DNA of 64,000 nt from Anolis carolinensis (taxonomy: Eukaryota), in the NCBI RefSeq assembly GCF_035594765.1, contig NC_085841.1:57395636-57459635 (forward strand), read 5' to 3'. A program made the translations under genes and the position numbers. Of the stretch, positions 51,476 to 64,000 are shown one piece after another (position 1 is the first letter of the stretch; each line of letters starts with the position of its first letter). Below the pieces are notes generated by a model. The model worked only from the letters and a program-made list of their open reading frames with translations. It searched no databases and was not told the origin of the DNA.

Positions 51476-52629
51476 AAAGAGAATTCTAAAACAAGGCCAG
51501 TGATAATGGAGGAGAAATTTCCTAAAAACCTAAAAAATGTGATGGATAAGGAATTGAAAAGGAAGAAATTGGACAAAATTGGAAGTTGGATGGAACAAAT
51601 AAAGGAGAAAAACAACATAAAGGGAATCCTAGGTGACTTAAATATATCATGGCTCCATTGCGTCCAACTGGACCAATGGTTCCAAAATTCGCAAAGAAAG
51701 AGCTCGGGGGAAAGAGAACAAAATTTGAAAATATAATATTAAAAGAACAGACTAAAGAAGAAAATGAGTATCCGAAAGGGATAACCAGTATGATATATAA
51801 AATATTAATAGAGATTAAAGGAGGGAGTAAAGGGATATTAACAAGGGAAATATGGGAGGAAGAACTGGGAATAAAAGTAGGAGAAAGAAATTGGGAAAAA
51901 TTATGGAAAGCAAGACATCTCAAAAACCTATAAATTAGAATAAAAGAAAACTACCATAAGATAGTATGGAAATGGTATTTGACCCCGACTAAGATACATA
52001 ATATGGATAAGAGCTGCTCAGAAAAACGTTGGAGGGGTTGTCAAGAAAGGGGGACGTATATTCATATGTGGTGGGAATGTAAATATGTACAGAGGTTTTG
52101 GGGAAAGATTATAGTAGAGATAGAAAGTATTATGAAGAAAAAAAAACAATACAAACCCGACAACTATGCTATTATCTATTTATAATACAGATGAATGGAA
52201 AGAAAATGAAAAGAATTTGTTAACAATGTTGTTAATGGCTGCAAGGTTATTTATAGCAGGAAATGGGAAAGGAGAGGTGGAAATTAAAACAGAAGAATGG
52301 TACAAGGAAATTTGGAAATTAGCAATAAATGACAAATTAACATGTAATTTAAATGTTTAAAAAGGCCTAAGGAAGAAAATTGATTTTGAAAGTATATGGA
52401 AGAAATTTATCGAAGAAATATTAAGGAGAGAAGATGGGAACCAACCCCCACCAGAAGTAATGAGGTTCTGGTGGGAATATAAAGAAATGGTGAAGGGGAG
52501 CACAACAGGTAGCACACTGAGGGAAGAAAAAGAATTAATTGTATGAATTGTAATGATTTTTCTTTTTCTTGTAACTGAATGAATATAAATGTAATAAAAA
52601 TTTATTCCCCCCCCCCCCCCCCCAAAAAA
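51476..52629 (+). mobile_element. 5'-truncated L1-clade LINE (ORF2 C-terminus, 3' UTR, poly-A)
   Basis: Degenerate CCHC knuckle region (WRGCQERGTYIHMWWEC), A-rich sense strand, AATAAA plus tail, 9-bp TSD AAATACAGT (51467-75 / 52630-38). Confidence 0.85.
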
Positions 52630-53291
52630 AAATACAGTTTAATCTTCCAAAGAAAAGGGCCAGGTAAAGTTATCAAGAGAATGTGAATGAGGCAAATTGA
52701 AGAGTTCTAAGTTTTTTCACTCTTTGCAATGCTAAAAATTTGGGGACTGGAGGAAAAATTCATTTGGGAACCAGAATTCATATATGAGATAACATACCCT
52801 CATTTCCTACCCTACAACTTGGGGAAGCAGTTTTAATCAGAAGGTGCAAACATGGTTTGACTTACACTCTTGCTTTTTAAAATAAGGGGGCAAAATATAA
52901 CGTAATCATTGGCTTAATAGGGGAATGACAGTGAGCGGACGTGGGCAGGACCAAGTTGTACATTGTAAGTTCAAACTCCATCTCAACCATCCACAAAACA
53001 AATAAAGCCAAGAAACCCTTAAGCACACTTTGATACCATATTTTCCTTTATCATTGTCACACTGCATCTTCGATTATAGCCAGCTGAAACCTAAATACCA
53101 AATGTACACTTATTTTCTTCAATAGCCCACCGAGAGAGGCCATTTAACCAATACTTGAAGTTTCAATACACATTCTGGAATTATTCCCTATATATTGAGG
53201 AATTCAATCTATGTATGCTAGTTATGGAGCCAATCCAGCTCCATGCAGGAGGACAAGGTCTACTGGGGTTTGGTTCCAGGACCCCTTATGG

Positions 53292-53808
53292 CAAATGGGC
53301 CAAAGTCATTTTCATTGAGGGCCACAGCAGCCTCATGGTTACCTTCAAAGGGCTCTTGAATCAATGGATGGATTGTCTATTAATTTTTTGACATAGTTAT
53401 TGGTGCTTTTTATCCAATTTGAGTCCAATTTGGATAAAAAGTTTTTCCCTTGAATATTAATGAATGACAATTCTCATCACTTTTGATAATCCACCGGGTA
53501 GACTGGGGATAATGGGAATTCCAACCCTACAGCACTTGTGACTCTAATGTTAGGGAAGAGTAAAGGACATTTTAAAGTTAGACATATATCATATCCACAA
53601 GCCATGTATCTCAATTCAAACCCCATTATCCTAACTAAACTGAACAAACTGCAGCCTTCCAAATTTTACTGTATCATAAATCTCATCAGTTTTGGTCATG
53701 ATGTCTAATGATGAGGAATACAGGAATTATAGTCTAGTATCTGGACCACCACATAAAATGACAGGAAGGATCAAATTCAGCCCAGAGGTCTTGAGTTTGA
53801 CTCATGTG
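53292..53808. mobile_element. Second copy of the 24090-24581 hAT family
   Basis: End-to-end similarity, e.g. taaaggacattttaaagt and gtcatgatgtctaatgatgaggaat. Confidence 0.7.
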
Positions 53809-55214
53809 TGCTATGGTGAACTATCATTATATACAACATGGAGTAAAATGGCAAAATCAAGGACCCCTGTGAAAATGGAAAAACCAAGGTTTTTTTTTTT
53901 TAATTCAGAGAGCACTTCTCTAGCCATTTGTAGATCTTCCAGTGGGACTTGATCATCAATTTCTGCCAACAAATTCCTAAAAAAATTATCCCTAGAAATC
54001 GTTAGGTCCTTCGGTACTACTCTATGGTCATCCTCTGGCAGAAGTTGATCGCAGTGTCATGCTGGAGGATCTAGAGCTTCCTGAACAGAACATTTTATTC
54101 AGCTCCACGAATAACCAAATTGGCAGACATGAAACCTGCATATGTAGAGGTCTGACTGAATTTTCAAATGGTGGATGCGGAATCTGTGGATATGGAGGGC
54201 TGACTATTGGCAGTCTTTGGGGAACCTTGAGGTGCACATTCAGTAGTCATGGGATGCATCAGAGATAATGGACTGAAGAGCCTAGAGCCCTGAACAGATC
54301 ATTTGTAATATCTATATTGCAAGCTCCAGAGTCTATAACAAACCATGACCATTTCTTGCCTTCTCTATACTTCTTTCTCTTTTCATTCTACACCCATGAA
54401 TGTGCTTCTATGTCATTTCTTCATTTGGAAAAGAAATGTATTATCGGTTGACTGCATGTCAGACACAGGAAACCAAGAGCAATTCAGCCATGAACCACAG
54501 AACCCCTTGAAATTATATCATGCACAGTGCCCCGTCTAAAGATGGATGTGTTCTCTGCTTCTGACCTTGGCAAACTTGCTTTCTAATCCAAGCGAAATAT
54601 TAATGTGTGTCTTGAAACCTTGACCATCCTGCTTGATATTAGACACAACACACCCTCCAGCTGAGTGGTGATTAAGTTTTGGGCCCTTTTGCCAAGCTCC
54701 AGGTCGCTTAGCAACTACAACCATCTTCTAAGAGTGGCCAATCTTGAAAAGTGCCAGGCTTGCTGAAAACAAATTACCTCACTCTTCGCCGTATTGACTC
54801 TTCTAAGCAAAAGGCCATGTTGAAGAAACTATGTATCTGTTCTGAATAAAAATGGCAATTTTAATACTTTGCACATATAAATAGGAGAATACAATTTAAC
54901 CCGAACAGGATATTTTAAAAAGACAACACAAAATGAAATTTTCCTGGCCTGTGCAAAGAAAGAACAAAAACAAAATACAGGTCCTGGTAGATTTTTAAAA
55001 ATTTTTAATTTTCTTTCCCCTATGGAAGGAGGTTTGTGTTGACATGGTTATTGTTTTTCATCTACCCGTCTTTTGTTCTCATAACAGGCCTGTGAGGTAG
55101 GTTGAATTGAGAAGCAGTGATGACCCCAAAGTCACCTGTAACCATTGCAAGGAAACAGACATTGGACTCAGAACCAAGTAAGGCATTTTTCCTTGTTCCA
55201 AGGACACAACTAGA

Positions 55215-55482
55215 CAGAGCTTTCCAACCATTTCAAGTTGGTAACATACTTTTTAGACATGTGTTATTTTGCAACAGTCATTTAGTTTTACGTGCAAATG
55301 AGAGGTTAATTTCTAATAAGAGATGTGGACTCATATATTACATGTAATAATGAAATCTATGGGGACACAACATATCTCATGAACACATTCTGTGCAGAGG
55401 TTTCTAGTTGCATTTGTGTGACACACCTACACACTGCAGCCAACACACTAATGTGTCGCAATACACAGTTTGGAAAGCTCTG
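55215..55482. mobile_element. hAT-like MITE
   Basis: TIR CAGAGCTTTCCAA/TTGGAAAGCTCTG. Confidence 0.7.
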
Positions 55483-56717
55483 CTTCAGGAGTTGATGGAC
55501 TTTTATGCCATTCATATTGAATTTGCAATTAGCCCAGTAATAGCCAGAGCAATAGTGCCTAGTAAAAGGCAAATTGAGAAATTCCTATCAACTTATAAGA
55601 TATTACGATACCAAAATTCCACAAGACAGCTCAGCTTTTCTATGAAATATGCAATATGAAGGAACAAGGCAATGCATTCATTTTCTTCAAATTAGATAGT
55701 GAGAGAAACACACAACTGTGTTTCACATCTAATGTTGCTTTTAATAAATAAGGAATTGATGTTCCATACAGGAGTGGAGCCTGATCCAGGCAAAGTCTAT
55801 GGAGTTCTTTTCTCAGCCCTGAGGAAAACTATTCATTATTATTCATCCAAGAGATTTGGTCTTCACTTCTTGATCTACTGGGTCACCCAGAACAACACTA
55901 AATTGCCTTTCCCCACCAAGAGTAAAATCCACAAGAATAAAAATTGGCATGAGTTTCAACAGCTATTTTAATTCATTATCTAGATTGCAAAGGAAGACAA
56001 AATCAAGCAATTTATATTCATATTTGATATTTTACTTATTTATGTATGATGTCAGCAATGAATTAGTTGAAAAGAGCTTGTCACAGAGGTTGTCAGAGTT
56101 GGACTATGTCTAGTTGTGTAAACATAGGGAGTTGTGCAGAGAGAGACTTTGGGGAAAAAAAAGATGGATCTACATGCTACCATCCCATTATTTCTGTCTC
56201 CTATCATGCAGCCCAGACAGAGGGTTTGAGAACAAGCATCTGGCTTCTGAATGGTTTGGACCAGAGGGAAGACAGGCTTTCGTCCAAATTGCTATGCCTT
56301 ACCTGGTCGTCCATCTAGCTTTGTGTGTGGGGAGACTGAAAACTACTCAATGGTTTGGAACAGGAATGTTACGGAACAGCCAGGAACAACTCATTTAAAT
56401 ATTGGGAGATCCTGGTGTGGATTGCCCCAGCAGATGCTCCCTGTTCTTTTTCTTCTGTAAAAAGAGACTCTGCTTTTTATTAAAGCAGATAAAATAGTGA
56501 GCTTAACCCCATTTTATCAATAGAATAAAGTGCAAAGGAGAGAATTTGGCCATTTATGCATTCAGCAAATAGTGTATTTCCTCAAATCTAAAATACACTT
56601 TTCCCACATATAAACATCTCTAAAAATGGGGTGATTCCTAAAATTGTGGGTGCCCTGCTTTTTTACTTCTGGTGATACTGAAATTAGTGTGTGTCTTTAC
56701 AATTGATGGCAACTTAG

Positions 56718-56962
56718 AATCTGTGGTGCAATGGGTTAACCCTTGTGTCTGCAGGACTGCTGACCTGAAGGTTGCCAGTTCTAATTCGGGGAGAGCGTGG
56801 GTGAGCTCCCTCTGTCAGCTCCAGCTCCCTATGCGGGAACATGAGAGAAGCCTCCCACAAGGATGGTAAAATATCAAACACCTGGGCGTCTCCTGGGCAA
56901 CGTCCTTGCAGACAGGCAATTCTCTCACACCAGTTTCTCAAGCCGCTCCTGACACAAAAAAA
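56718..56962 (+). mobile_element. Anolis SINE2-like SINE
   Basis: Homologous family; flanking TAGAATC repeat. Confidence 0.78.
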
Positions 56963-57159
56963 CCCCTAGAATCAAAAAAATACAGTACTTTTTAATGATG
57001 ATAATAAAAGCTGATGTGAATATTTAAGTAAAGAGTTTTCCTAGGTAGAAAAGTAATGAGAACCAGATTTTGTATGCCTGCCTCACAGAATATTTTCCTG
57101 CCACAGTCAGGTTTCTCACCACTCATTAATAATTTAATTTTGAGGCAAGGCCGGCCAAA

Positions 57160-57929
57160 CTGCATCCCAGAATATTGAAGGGAATTGCCGACATATTCAC
57201 ACAATCACTTGCTATCATTTTTGAGAAATCTTAGAGAAAGGCTTCTGTCCTAGCTGATGCTCTTCAACATCTTTATCAATGTTTTAGAATCTTTAACAAA
57301 TTGTTAAATCTTTAACAAATTAGTTAACAACATAAAATTGGAAGTGGCAGCTAACACATTGGAACAAAATTCAAAAAGACCTTGATGAACCAGAAGCTGG
57401 GCTGACTTAATAAAATAAAACATAACAGAGACAAATGTACATGTAAAAGAATTTAGGACACAAAAATAAAATCCACAGCTTCAGCAGTACTACAAGTGAA
57501 AAAGCCTTTGAGATTTTTTGTTGATCATAAGTTAAACATGAGCCAGCATTGCCATGCTGCAGAAAAGGAAACAAATGCTATCTTAGCCTGCATTTGATAG
57601 ATCCATAGTTTCTAAATCAAAGAAAGCAATAGTTACACTATATTTTGCACTGGCCATTACACATCTGGAGTACTGCCTTTTGTTCTGGGTGCTTTGTTTA
57701 AAGGACATAGACAAGTTGGAGCAGGTTCAGAGAAAGGCAGCAAGGGCAAGAGAAATGGAAAGAAAAAATACGAGAGGTTGAAGGAGCTGGGCATGTTGAA
57801 CTTAAGTCAAGTGATTGAGGGGTGTTATGATCACACTCTTTAAACACCAGAAACAGGGTGCTGGCTTGTTTGCTGTTGGCAAGGGTAGAACTAGAGCAGC
57901 TCTGAGTCCCCTTGGGGAGATAGGGCGGG

Positions 57930-57967
<38 letters not shown>

Positions 57968-58210
57968 TAACTCGGTCTAATGGTTTTCTGTTATAGGATA
58001 CTAAATTTCAACTGAACATTACAAGGAATGCTTTGACACAGGAGTGGTTTGGCAATGGAACCAATTGGCTAGGAAGATGGTAAGGTTACCTTCTTTGGAC
58101 GTCTTCAAAATGAGGCTGGAGAGCTGCATACCAAGGGTGCTCTCACTGGAGATCCTGCATTAGGGAGACTGACCTGATGGCTTCATTCCAGCTCTATGAT
58201 TCTGATTCTG
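57160..58210 (+). mobile_element. Old CR1 LINE 3' portion with a nested L2 tail/(GTA)n at about 57895-57966
   Basis: CR1-type ...LNMSQ..A..K.NAIL.CI and HLEYC..FW motifs; ends in CTATGATTCTGATTCT. Confidence 0.8.
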
Positions 58211-58445
58211 TGTACAAACAGTTACAAATAGAAATTGTATGTCTAGATAGCTACAATTCCCCCTTGCATGAGGATGAGCATTCTTCAAATTAGTTTTCAA
58301 TTTTTCAGGAAACACTGTAGTGGCACAAGATGCTAATTGAACAAAAGCCTTGGTAAGTTTTCCAGAATGTAAATTAATTATTCTGATCTAAGTGTCCAAT
58401 CCTATGCAGATTAGGTTAGAAAACTAGTAAAATGGCTCAGCATAA

Positions 58446-58720
58446 AGATAAAGGGTTTCCCCTGGTATTGCGTCTAGTTGTGTCAAATTCTGGGGTGGGT
58501 GTGGGGGTGGGTGCGCTCATCTCCATTTCTAAGCCGAAGAGCCAGAGTTGTCCGTATACATCTTCAAGGTCATGTGGCCAGCATGTTTTCGAATTGCTAG
58601 ATTGGCAGAAAATGGGACTAACAGCGGGATCTCACCCTACTCCCTGGATTCAAACCACCAACCTTTTAGTCAGCAAGTTCACCACCTCAGTGGTTTAACC
58701 TACTGCGCCACCAGGGGCCC
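58446..58720 (-). mobile_element. Sauria SINE with internal deletion
   Basis: Reverse complement of the 23087 and 32163 copies. Confidence 0.85.
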
Positions 58721-58888
58721 AGCATATACCAGAGCTAGCAGTTGCTGGTAACATTTATGTCTGATGTTTCAGTTCTGAATTATTCCAGGTTGCAGTGGAA
58801 ACATTTAAGATGTTTCTTTTGCAACACCTTCATTTGATGGTATGACTTCATTTGAATTAATATAATTATGCTGTACAAACATCAACTA

Positions 58889-59205
58889 CAGTAGAACCTC
58901 ACTTATCCAAGACTCGCTTATCCAAGGTTCTGGATTATGCATTTTGTAGTCAATGTTTTCAATATATTGTGATATTTTGGTGCTAAATTCGTAAATACAG
59001 TAATTACAACATAACATTATTGCGTATTGAACTACTTTTTCTGTCAAATTTGTTGTATAACATGATGTTTTGGTACTTAATTTGTAAAATCATAACCTAA
59101 TTTGATGTTTAGAAGGCTTTTTCTTAATCCCTCCTTATTGTCCAAGATATTCGCTTATCCAAGGTTCTGCCGGCCCGTTTAGCTTGAATAAGTGAAACTC
59201 TACTG
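58889..59205. mobile_element. Tc1/mariner MITE, same family
   Basis: TIRs and TA TSD; colinear with 59704-60021. Confidence 0.88.
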
Positions 59206-59703
59206 TATGTTGTTTAATGGGCTATAGCAGTTGACCAGTCATAATCTTACCATGTCTTAGAAATCATGGGTATCTGTAGTACTTATACATGGAAGCTATA
59301 TATTACTTCTGATAGGCTCAATTCATTGTTATTTTTAAAGCCTGAATGAATTATTGATATTGACACTCAGCTGTCAAAAATGTTGTTTCCCAACTCCTCA
59401 CCAAATAATTACATGCATCTGAGCCTAGGCTTGTACACATCTGTCAAGTTCTTGTCCCTGTAACAGTTGGGTGAACAGGCTGTTCACTAAAAGGTTTGGC
59501 ATAATTGGTTGTAAGAAGAGAACATCAAACAAAATACACTTTTGTTCATATCAACCCATGGCAAGTTAAGCCAACCAAATGCATTGGTCAGAATTCTAAT
59601 TGGAAAAATCTTATTAATATAGATTTGCATTGAATGAAGTCTTTTAATAGAATTTGTAATCCTGAGCCATTTAAATTAAGTGGTTTCTTCCTCTTAACAG
59701 ATA

Positions 59704-60021
59704 CAGTAGAGTCTCACTTATCCAACACTCACTTATCCAATGTTCTGGATTATCCAACACATTTTTGTAGTCAATGTTTTCAATGCATTGTGATATTTTG
59801 GTGCTAAATTCATAAATACAGTAATTACTACATAGCATTAATGTGTAACTAGTTTTTCTGTCAAATTTGTTGTATAACATGATGTTTTGGTGCTTAATTT
59901 GTAAAATCATAACCTATTTTGATGTTTAATAGGCTTTTTCTAATCTCTCCTTATTATCCAACATATTTGCTTATCCAATGTTCTGCCGGCCCGTTTATGT
60001 TGGATAAGTGAGACTCTACTG
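59704..60021. mobile_element. Tc1/mariner (Tigger/pogo-like) MITE
   Basis: Perfect TIR CAGTAGAGTCTCACTTATCCAAC; TA TSD. Confidence 0.9.
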
Positions 60022-60036
60022 TACATACCTATGTAA

Positions 60037-60175
60037 AGCTCCTTCCACACAGCTATATAAAATCCACATGGAACTGAATTATATGGCAGTGTGGACTCAG
60101 ATAACCCAGTTCAAAGCAGATATTGTGGATTATCTGCCTTGATATTCTGGTTTATATGGCTGTGTGGAAGAGCCC
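60037..60175. mobile_element. Harbinger-like MITE
   Basis: Inverted ends CTTCCACACAGCTATATA/TATATGGCTGTGTGGAAG. Confidence 0.55.
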
Positions 60176-60204
60176 AAAGAGGCTTGACAGAAGGGCTCTA
60201 AAGA

Positions 60205-62811
60205 ATTTATTTATTTATTTATTACATCACTTCTACCCCGCCCTTCTCACCCATCAGGGGACTCAGGGTGGCTTAGAATATAAACATACACATCAAAAAA
60301 CAGTTTTCATCAAATTTAAAAATCCATCAAGATTAAAAATTACAATAAAATTAAGAATATACATTAAAATATACATAATTATACATTTAAATATACATTT
60401 AAGGTGCTTTCCATGTCCAGATGGGGTCTGTCAGTAGGTCATATATTCATATCTCATTTTTGCTGCTACTCGTGCTGAAATGCCTGGTCCCATAACCATG
60501 TTTTTGTTCTCTTTCAGAAAGACAGGAGGGAGGGAGCCAGCCTGACTTCAATGGGGAGAGTATTCCATAGGCGGGGAGTCACTACTAAAAAGGCCCTGTC
60601 TCTCGTCCCTGCCAGCCGCACCTGTGAGGCTGACGGGACCGCGAGCAGGGCCTCATCTGATGATCTTAAGCTTCGAGGTGGGTCGTAGCGGGAGACATGT
60701 TCGGACAGATAAGCTGGGACGGAACCGTTAGAGCTTTATAGGTTAAAGCCAGCACCTTGAATTGTGCTCGGTAGCTAATCAGCAGCCAGTGGAGCTTGTG
60801 TAACAGAGGAGTGGTACGCTCCCTGTACGCCGCTCCAGTTATTAACCTGGCAGCCTCCCGTTGGACTAATTGAAGCTTCTGAACAGTCTTCAAAGGCAGC
60901 CCCACGTAGAGTGCGTTGCAGTAGTCTAAACGGGATGTAACAAGAGAGTGGACCACCGTGGCCAAGTCCAGCTTCCCAAGGTATGGTCGCAGCTGGCACA
61001 CAAGTTTTAATTGTGCGAAGGCTCCCCTAGCCACCGCTGAGACTTGGGGTTCCAGGCTCAATGATAAGTCTAGGATCAACCCCAGAATGCGCACCTGGGC
61101 CTTCAGGGGGAGTGTGACCCCATCCAGCACAGGCTATAACCCTATACCCTGTTCAGTCTTCCGACTGACCAGGAGGACCTCTGTCTTGTCTGGATTCAAT
61201 TTCAATTTGTTGGCCCTCATCCAGTCCGACACAGCGGCCAAGCACCGGTTCAGGACCTGAACAGCCTCCTTAGTGACAGGTGGAAAGGAGTGACAGAGCT
61301 GGACATCATCTGCGTACAGATGACACCGGACCCCGAAACTCCTGATGATCTCTCCCAGCAGCTTCATGTAGATGTTAAACACCATGGGAGACAATACAGA
61401 GCCCTGCGGGACCCCACAAGTCAACGGTTGTGGGGTCGAGCAGGCATCCCCCAATGACACCATCTGGGACCGACCCTCCAGGAATGAGTGGAGCCACTGC
61501 AAAACAGTACCTCCAAGTCCCATTCCCGCAAGGCGTCCCAGAAGGATACCGTGATTGACGGTATCGAAGGCCGTTGAGAGGTCCAGCAGAACCAGCAGGG
61601 AAACACTACCCCTGTCCAGTTCCCGGCAAAGACCATCGACTAAGGTGACCAAGGCTGTCTCGGTACCATGCCCCGGCCTAAAGCCAGACTGTGCCGGATC
61701 CAGAAAATCAGTGTCAACCAAGAATCCCTGGAGCTGCAAAGCAACCACATGTTCCAAGACCTTGCCCAAATAGGGGAGATTGGAAATAGGCCGAAAGTTT
61801 CTGAATTGAGTGGGATCCAATTATGGCTTTTTCAACAGCAGCTTGATCACAGCCATTTTTAGGCTCGCTGGAAACTTGCCCTCCCGAAGGGAGGCATTCA
61901 CCATCACCTTCACCCACTCGGCCAAACCCCCTCTGGCTTCTCTCACCAGCCAGGATGGGCAGGGGTCCAGGATGCATGTGGTCGGTCTCGCCTCTCCAGG
62001 GATCTTGTCCACATCCTCGAGCTCAACCAATTGAAATGAATCCAACAAAACAGGACAAGCAGGTGCACTCGTTACATCCTGAGAGACTGCCGTTAATATG
62101 GTGTCAAAGTTGGAGCGGATCAGAGCGACTTTGTCCGCAAAGAACCGAGCAAATGCTTCACAGCGGGCTGCCGAGTTATCAGGGCTCCCACCTTGATTGG
62201 TGGGAGTTAACAACTCTCTGATGACACAGAACAGCGCCGCTGGACAGTTCTGTGCGGATGCAATATTGGCCGCAAGGTGGACTCTCCTTGTGGCTTTGAT
62301 TGCTGCGGCATATGCCCTAAGATAGGAGCCTAGCCATGTTCAGTCTGACTCGTTATACTCTGATCGCCACACGCACTCTAGTTCCGTCTTCTTTTGCTTC
62401 ATCGCTGCCAGCTCCTCAGTAAACCAAGGAGCTGGTTTAGCTCGGTTACTCGAGAGGGGACGCTCCGGAGTGATCGTGTCTATTGCCCTAGTCATCTCTC
62501 CATTCCAGAAAGAGACCAGAGCATCAACAGGATCACCTGCTGAGGAGGCGGGAAATTCCCCAAGAGCCGTCAGGAATCCTTCTGGATCCATAAGTCTCCT
62601 GGAGCGGACCATTTTAACAGGTCCACCACCCCTGCAGAGGTTGGGGGGCGCAGTAAGTCTAAACCTGATCAGGTGATGGTCGGTCCATGGCAACGGAGCG
62701 ATGGTGAGCTCCTCCACACTGCCACCTTTCTTCCATCCCTGACAGAAGACCAAGTCCAGTGTGTGTCCCGCACTGTGGGTGGGGCCTGTTACTAATTGGG
62801 ACAGCCCCATG
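60205..62811 (-). mobile_element. 5'-truncated L2-clade LINE (end of APE endonuclease, linker, RT; frameshifted)
   Basis: ORF pieces with GHTLDLVF/WTDHHLI, LDPCPSWL, GVPQGSVLSP, YADD and LHWLL. (TAAA)n tail at 60205-60222. Confidence 0.93.
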
Positions 62812-62996
62812 CATGCATGCTCATACCTTTTCCTCCAGATTTTTTGCCCCATTCAGAACTAGAATTTTTCATTAAAAAACCAAGATTTTGTATTCTTCAT
62901 CTTGCATCTTTCCCATATTTTTTCCAAACTGTATTTGATTTTGCTTTCTCACATGTAAGTAGTAACAGCCAAGCACCACATTTGTATCAAAACAAT

Positions 62997-63002
62997 TTTA
63001 TT
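62997..63002 (-). terminator. Candidate EXO1 poly(A) signal AATAAA
   Basis: TTTATT on the + strand about 170 nt past the EXO1 stop. Confidence 0.45.
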
Positions 63003-63170
63003 CAAGTAGGTATTCAACAAGATTTGATGAAACTGCAATTCATATATAGCTCATAACCAAACAAATACAAATTTTACTTTGCTTTTTGTGTTTAGGAACA
63101 ATTAATCCAAATTTGTTCAGACATTACTTCTGCTGATGATTATAAAATTGTTCAAATCTGCAGTAGGAGT

Positions 63171-63315
63171 TCACTGAAATATCTTCCGCTGTACATGACT
63201 GAATTCAAGTTTATTAAACGTACCATCATCTGTGTCAGGAGTGAGCTGAATGTTGCTATCTTTGACTGGAGACAATGGCTCTGTTTTTTTACAAGAGGGT
63301 AGTTTTTGAGAATCC
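63171..63315 (-). CDS. EXO1: EXO1 (exonuclease 1) last coding exon (xDSQKLPSCKKTEPLSPVKDSNIQLTPDTDDGTFNKLEFSHVQRKIFQ*)
   Basis: Minus-strand acceptor ttttctttcattttgcag. Translation matches the human EXO1 C-terminus DSEKLPPCKKPLSPVRDNIQLTP...VQRAIFQ. TGA at 63173-63171. Expected synteny with MAP1LC3C. No further exon was recognised in the last 700 bp of the window. Confidence 0.93.
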
Positions 63316-64000
63316 CTGCAAAATGAAAGAAAACACCCAGGAATAAAGTTGTGTACAGTTCAAATTGAGTTCAGTACCACTCTGATTTTTAAAAGGAAAT
63401 CATTTATCCTTTATTTAGCATAGTAGTGAGCCGAAAACTGCAGCTGTTTAATTCTTACTTTGAACAGAAATGTGCCCCATGTCAATTACCAAAAATGGGT
63501 AAATCCTGCACTGCTTCTACTACCAGCATTTGAAAGTATGTCTACTACTAATAGCAAAATGGAAGGCCAGCAATTCAGTGGTAAGGCATAGGTTTTACAT
63601 GCAGCAGGTTCCATGACACTATGAGCCCAAGTAAACATAAAAAATACTTTTGTATAATAATCAGTGACCAGGGGAAACAAAATCTGTTCTGAGGCAAATA
63701 TTTCTAGCAACCCATATAAATGAGAAACTCTTGAATATCTGCTTATTCTTCTTATAACTTTCCCTGCTGAGTAGAGACGAACCAGTTCAAACTGCCCTTA
63801 TCAACCTTAGAGCCTCTGAGAATGCCAACATGCATGTGCTAAAAGCTACAGTAACAATCATGTGAGAGAAAAACATTAAGAGTGTGTGTGTGCGGACAAA
63901 TACCATCTATCTTTTCAATGGGATCAGATACAAATTAAATATGATTGTTCAATATGTAAATAAAATAACTTAAAATTTAGATGAATTGAGTGATTATTTG

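Overview
Vertebrate genomic DNA, not prokaryotic. The repeat content (Sauria SINEs, L2/CR1/L1 LINEs, Penelope, SPIN-type hAT elements) indicates a squamate reptile, most likely Anolis; the species call is an inference. Two host genes can be read from the sequence. One is a complete 4-exon MAP1LC3C (LC3C, ATG8 family) on the + strand, join(30539..30596,31605..31660,32756..32862,37002..37206), 141 aa with the lipidation Gly126 and a TATA promoter. The other is the last coding exon of EXO1 on the - strand (63171..63315), convergent with LC3C as at human 1q43, with no BECN2-like ORF between them. The rest is a dense mosaic of nested transposable elements and one 130-N assembly gap. The most interesting signal is in two independent solo LTRs of one family (1963-2893 minus, 26355-27216 plus). 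Both carry a colinear 84-91 codon ORF in U3 whose SPPFSR and RRSARIAAR motifs differ only by silent substitutions, suggesting an LTR-encoded chromatin-tethering peptide. Also notable are a Penelope hammerhead-ribozyme motif in sense orientation in LC3C intron 1, a long fold-back in intron 2, and chimeric hAT elements carrying Tc1/mariner MITE cargo. Family names come from recalled sequence features, not database searches.
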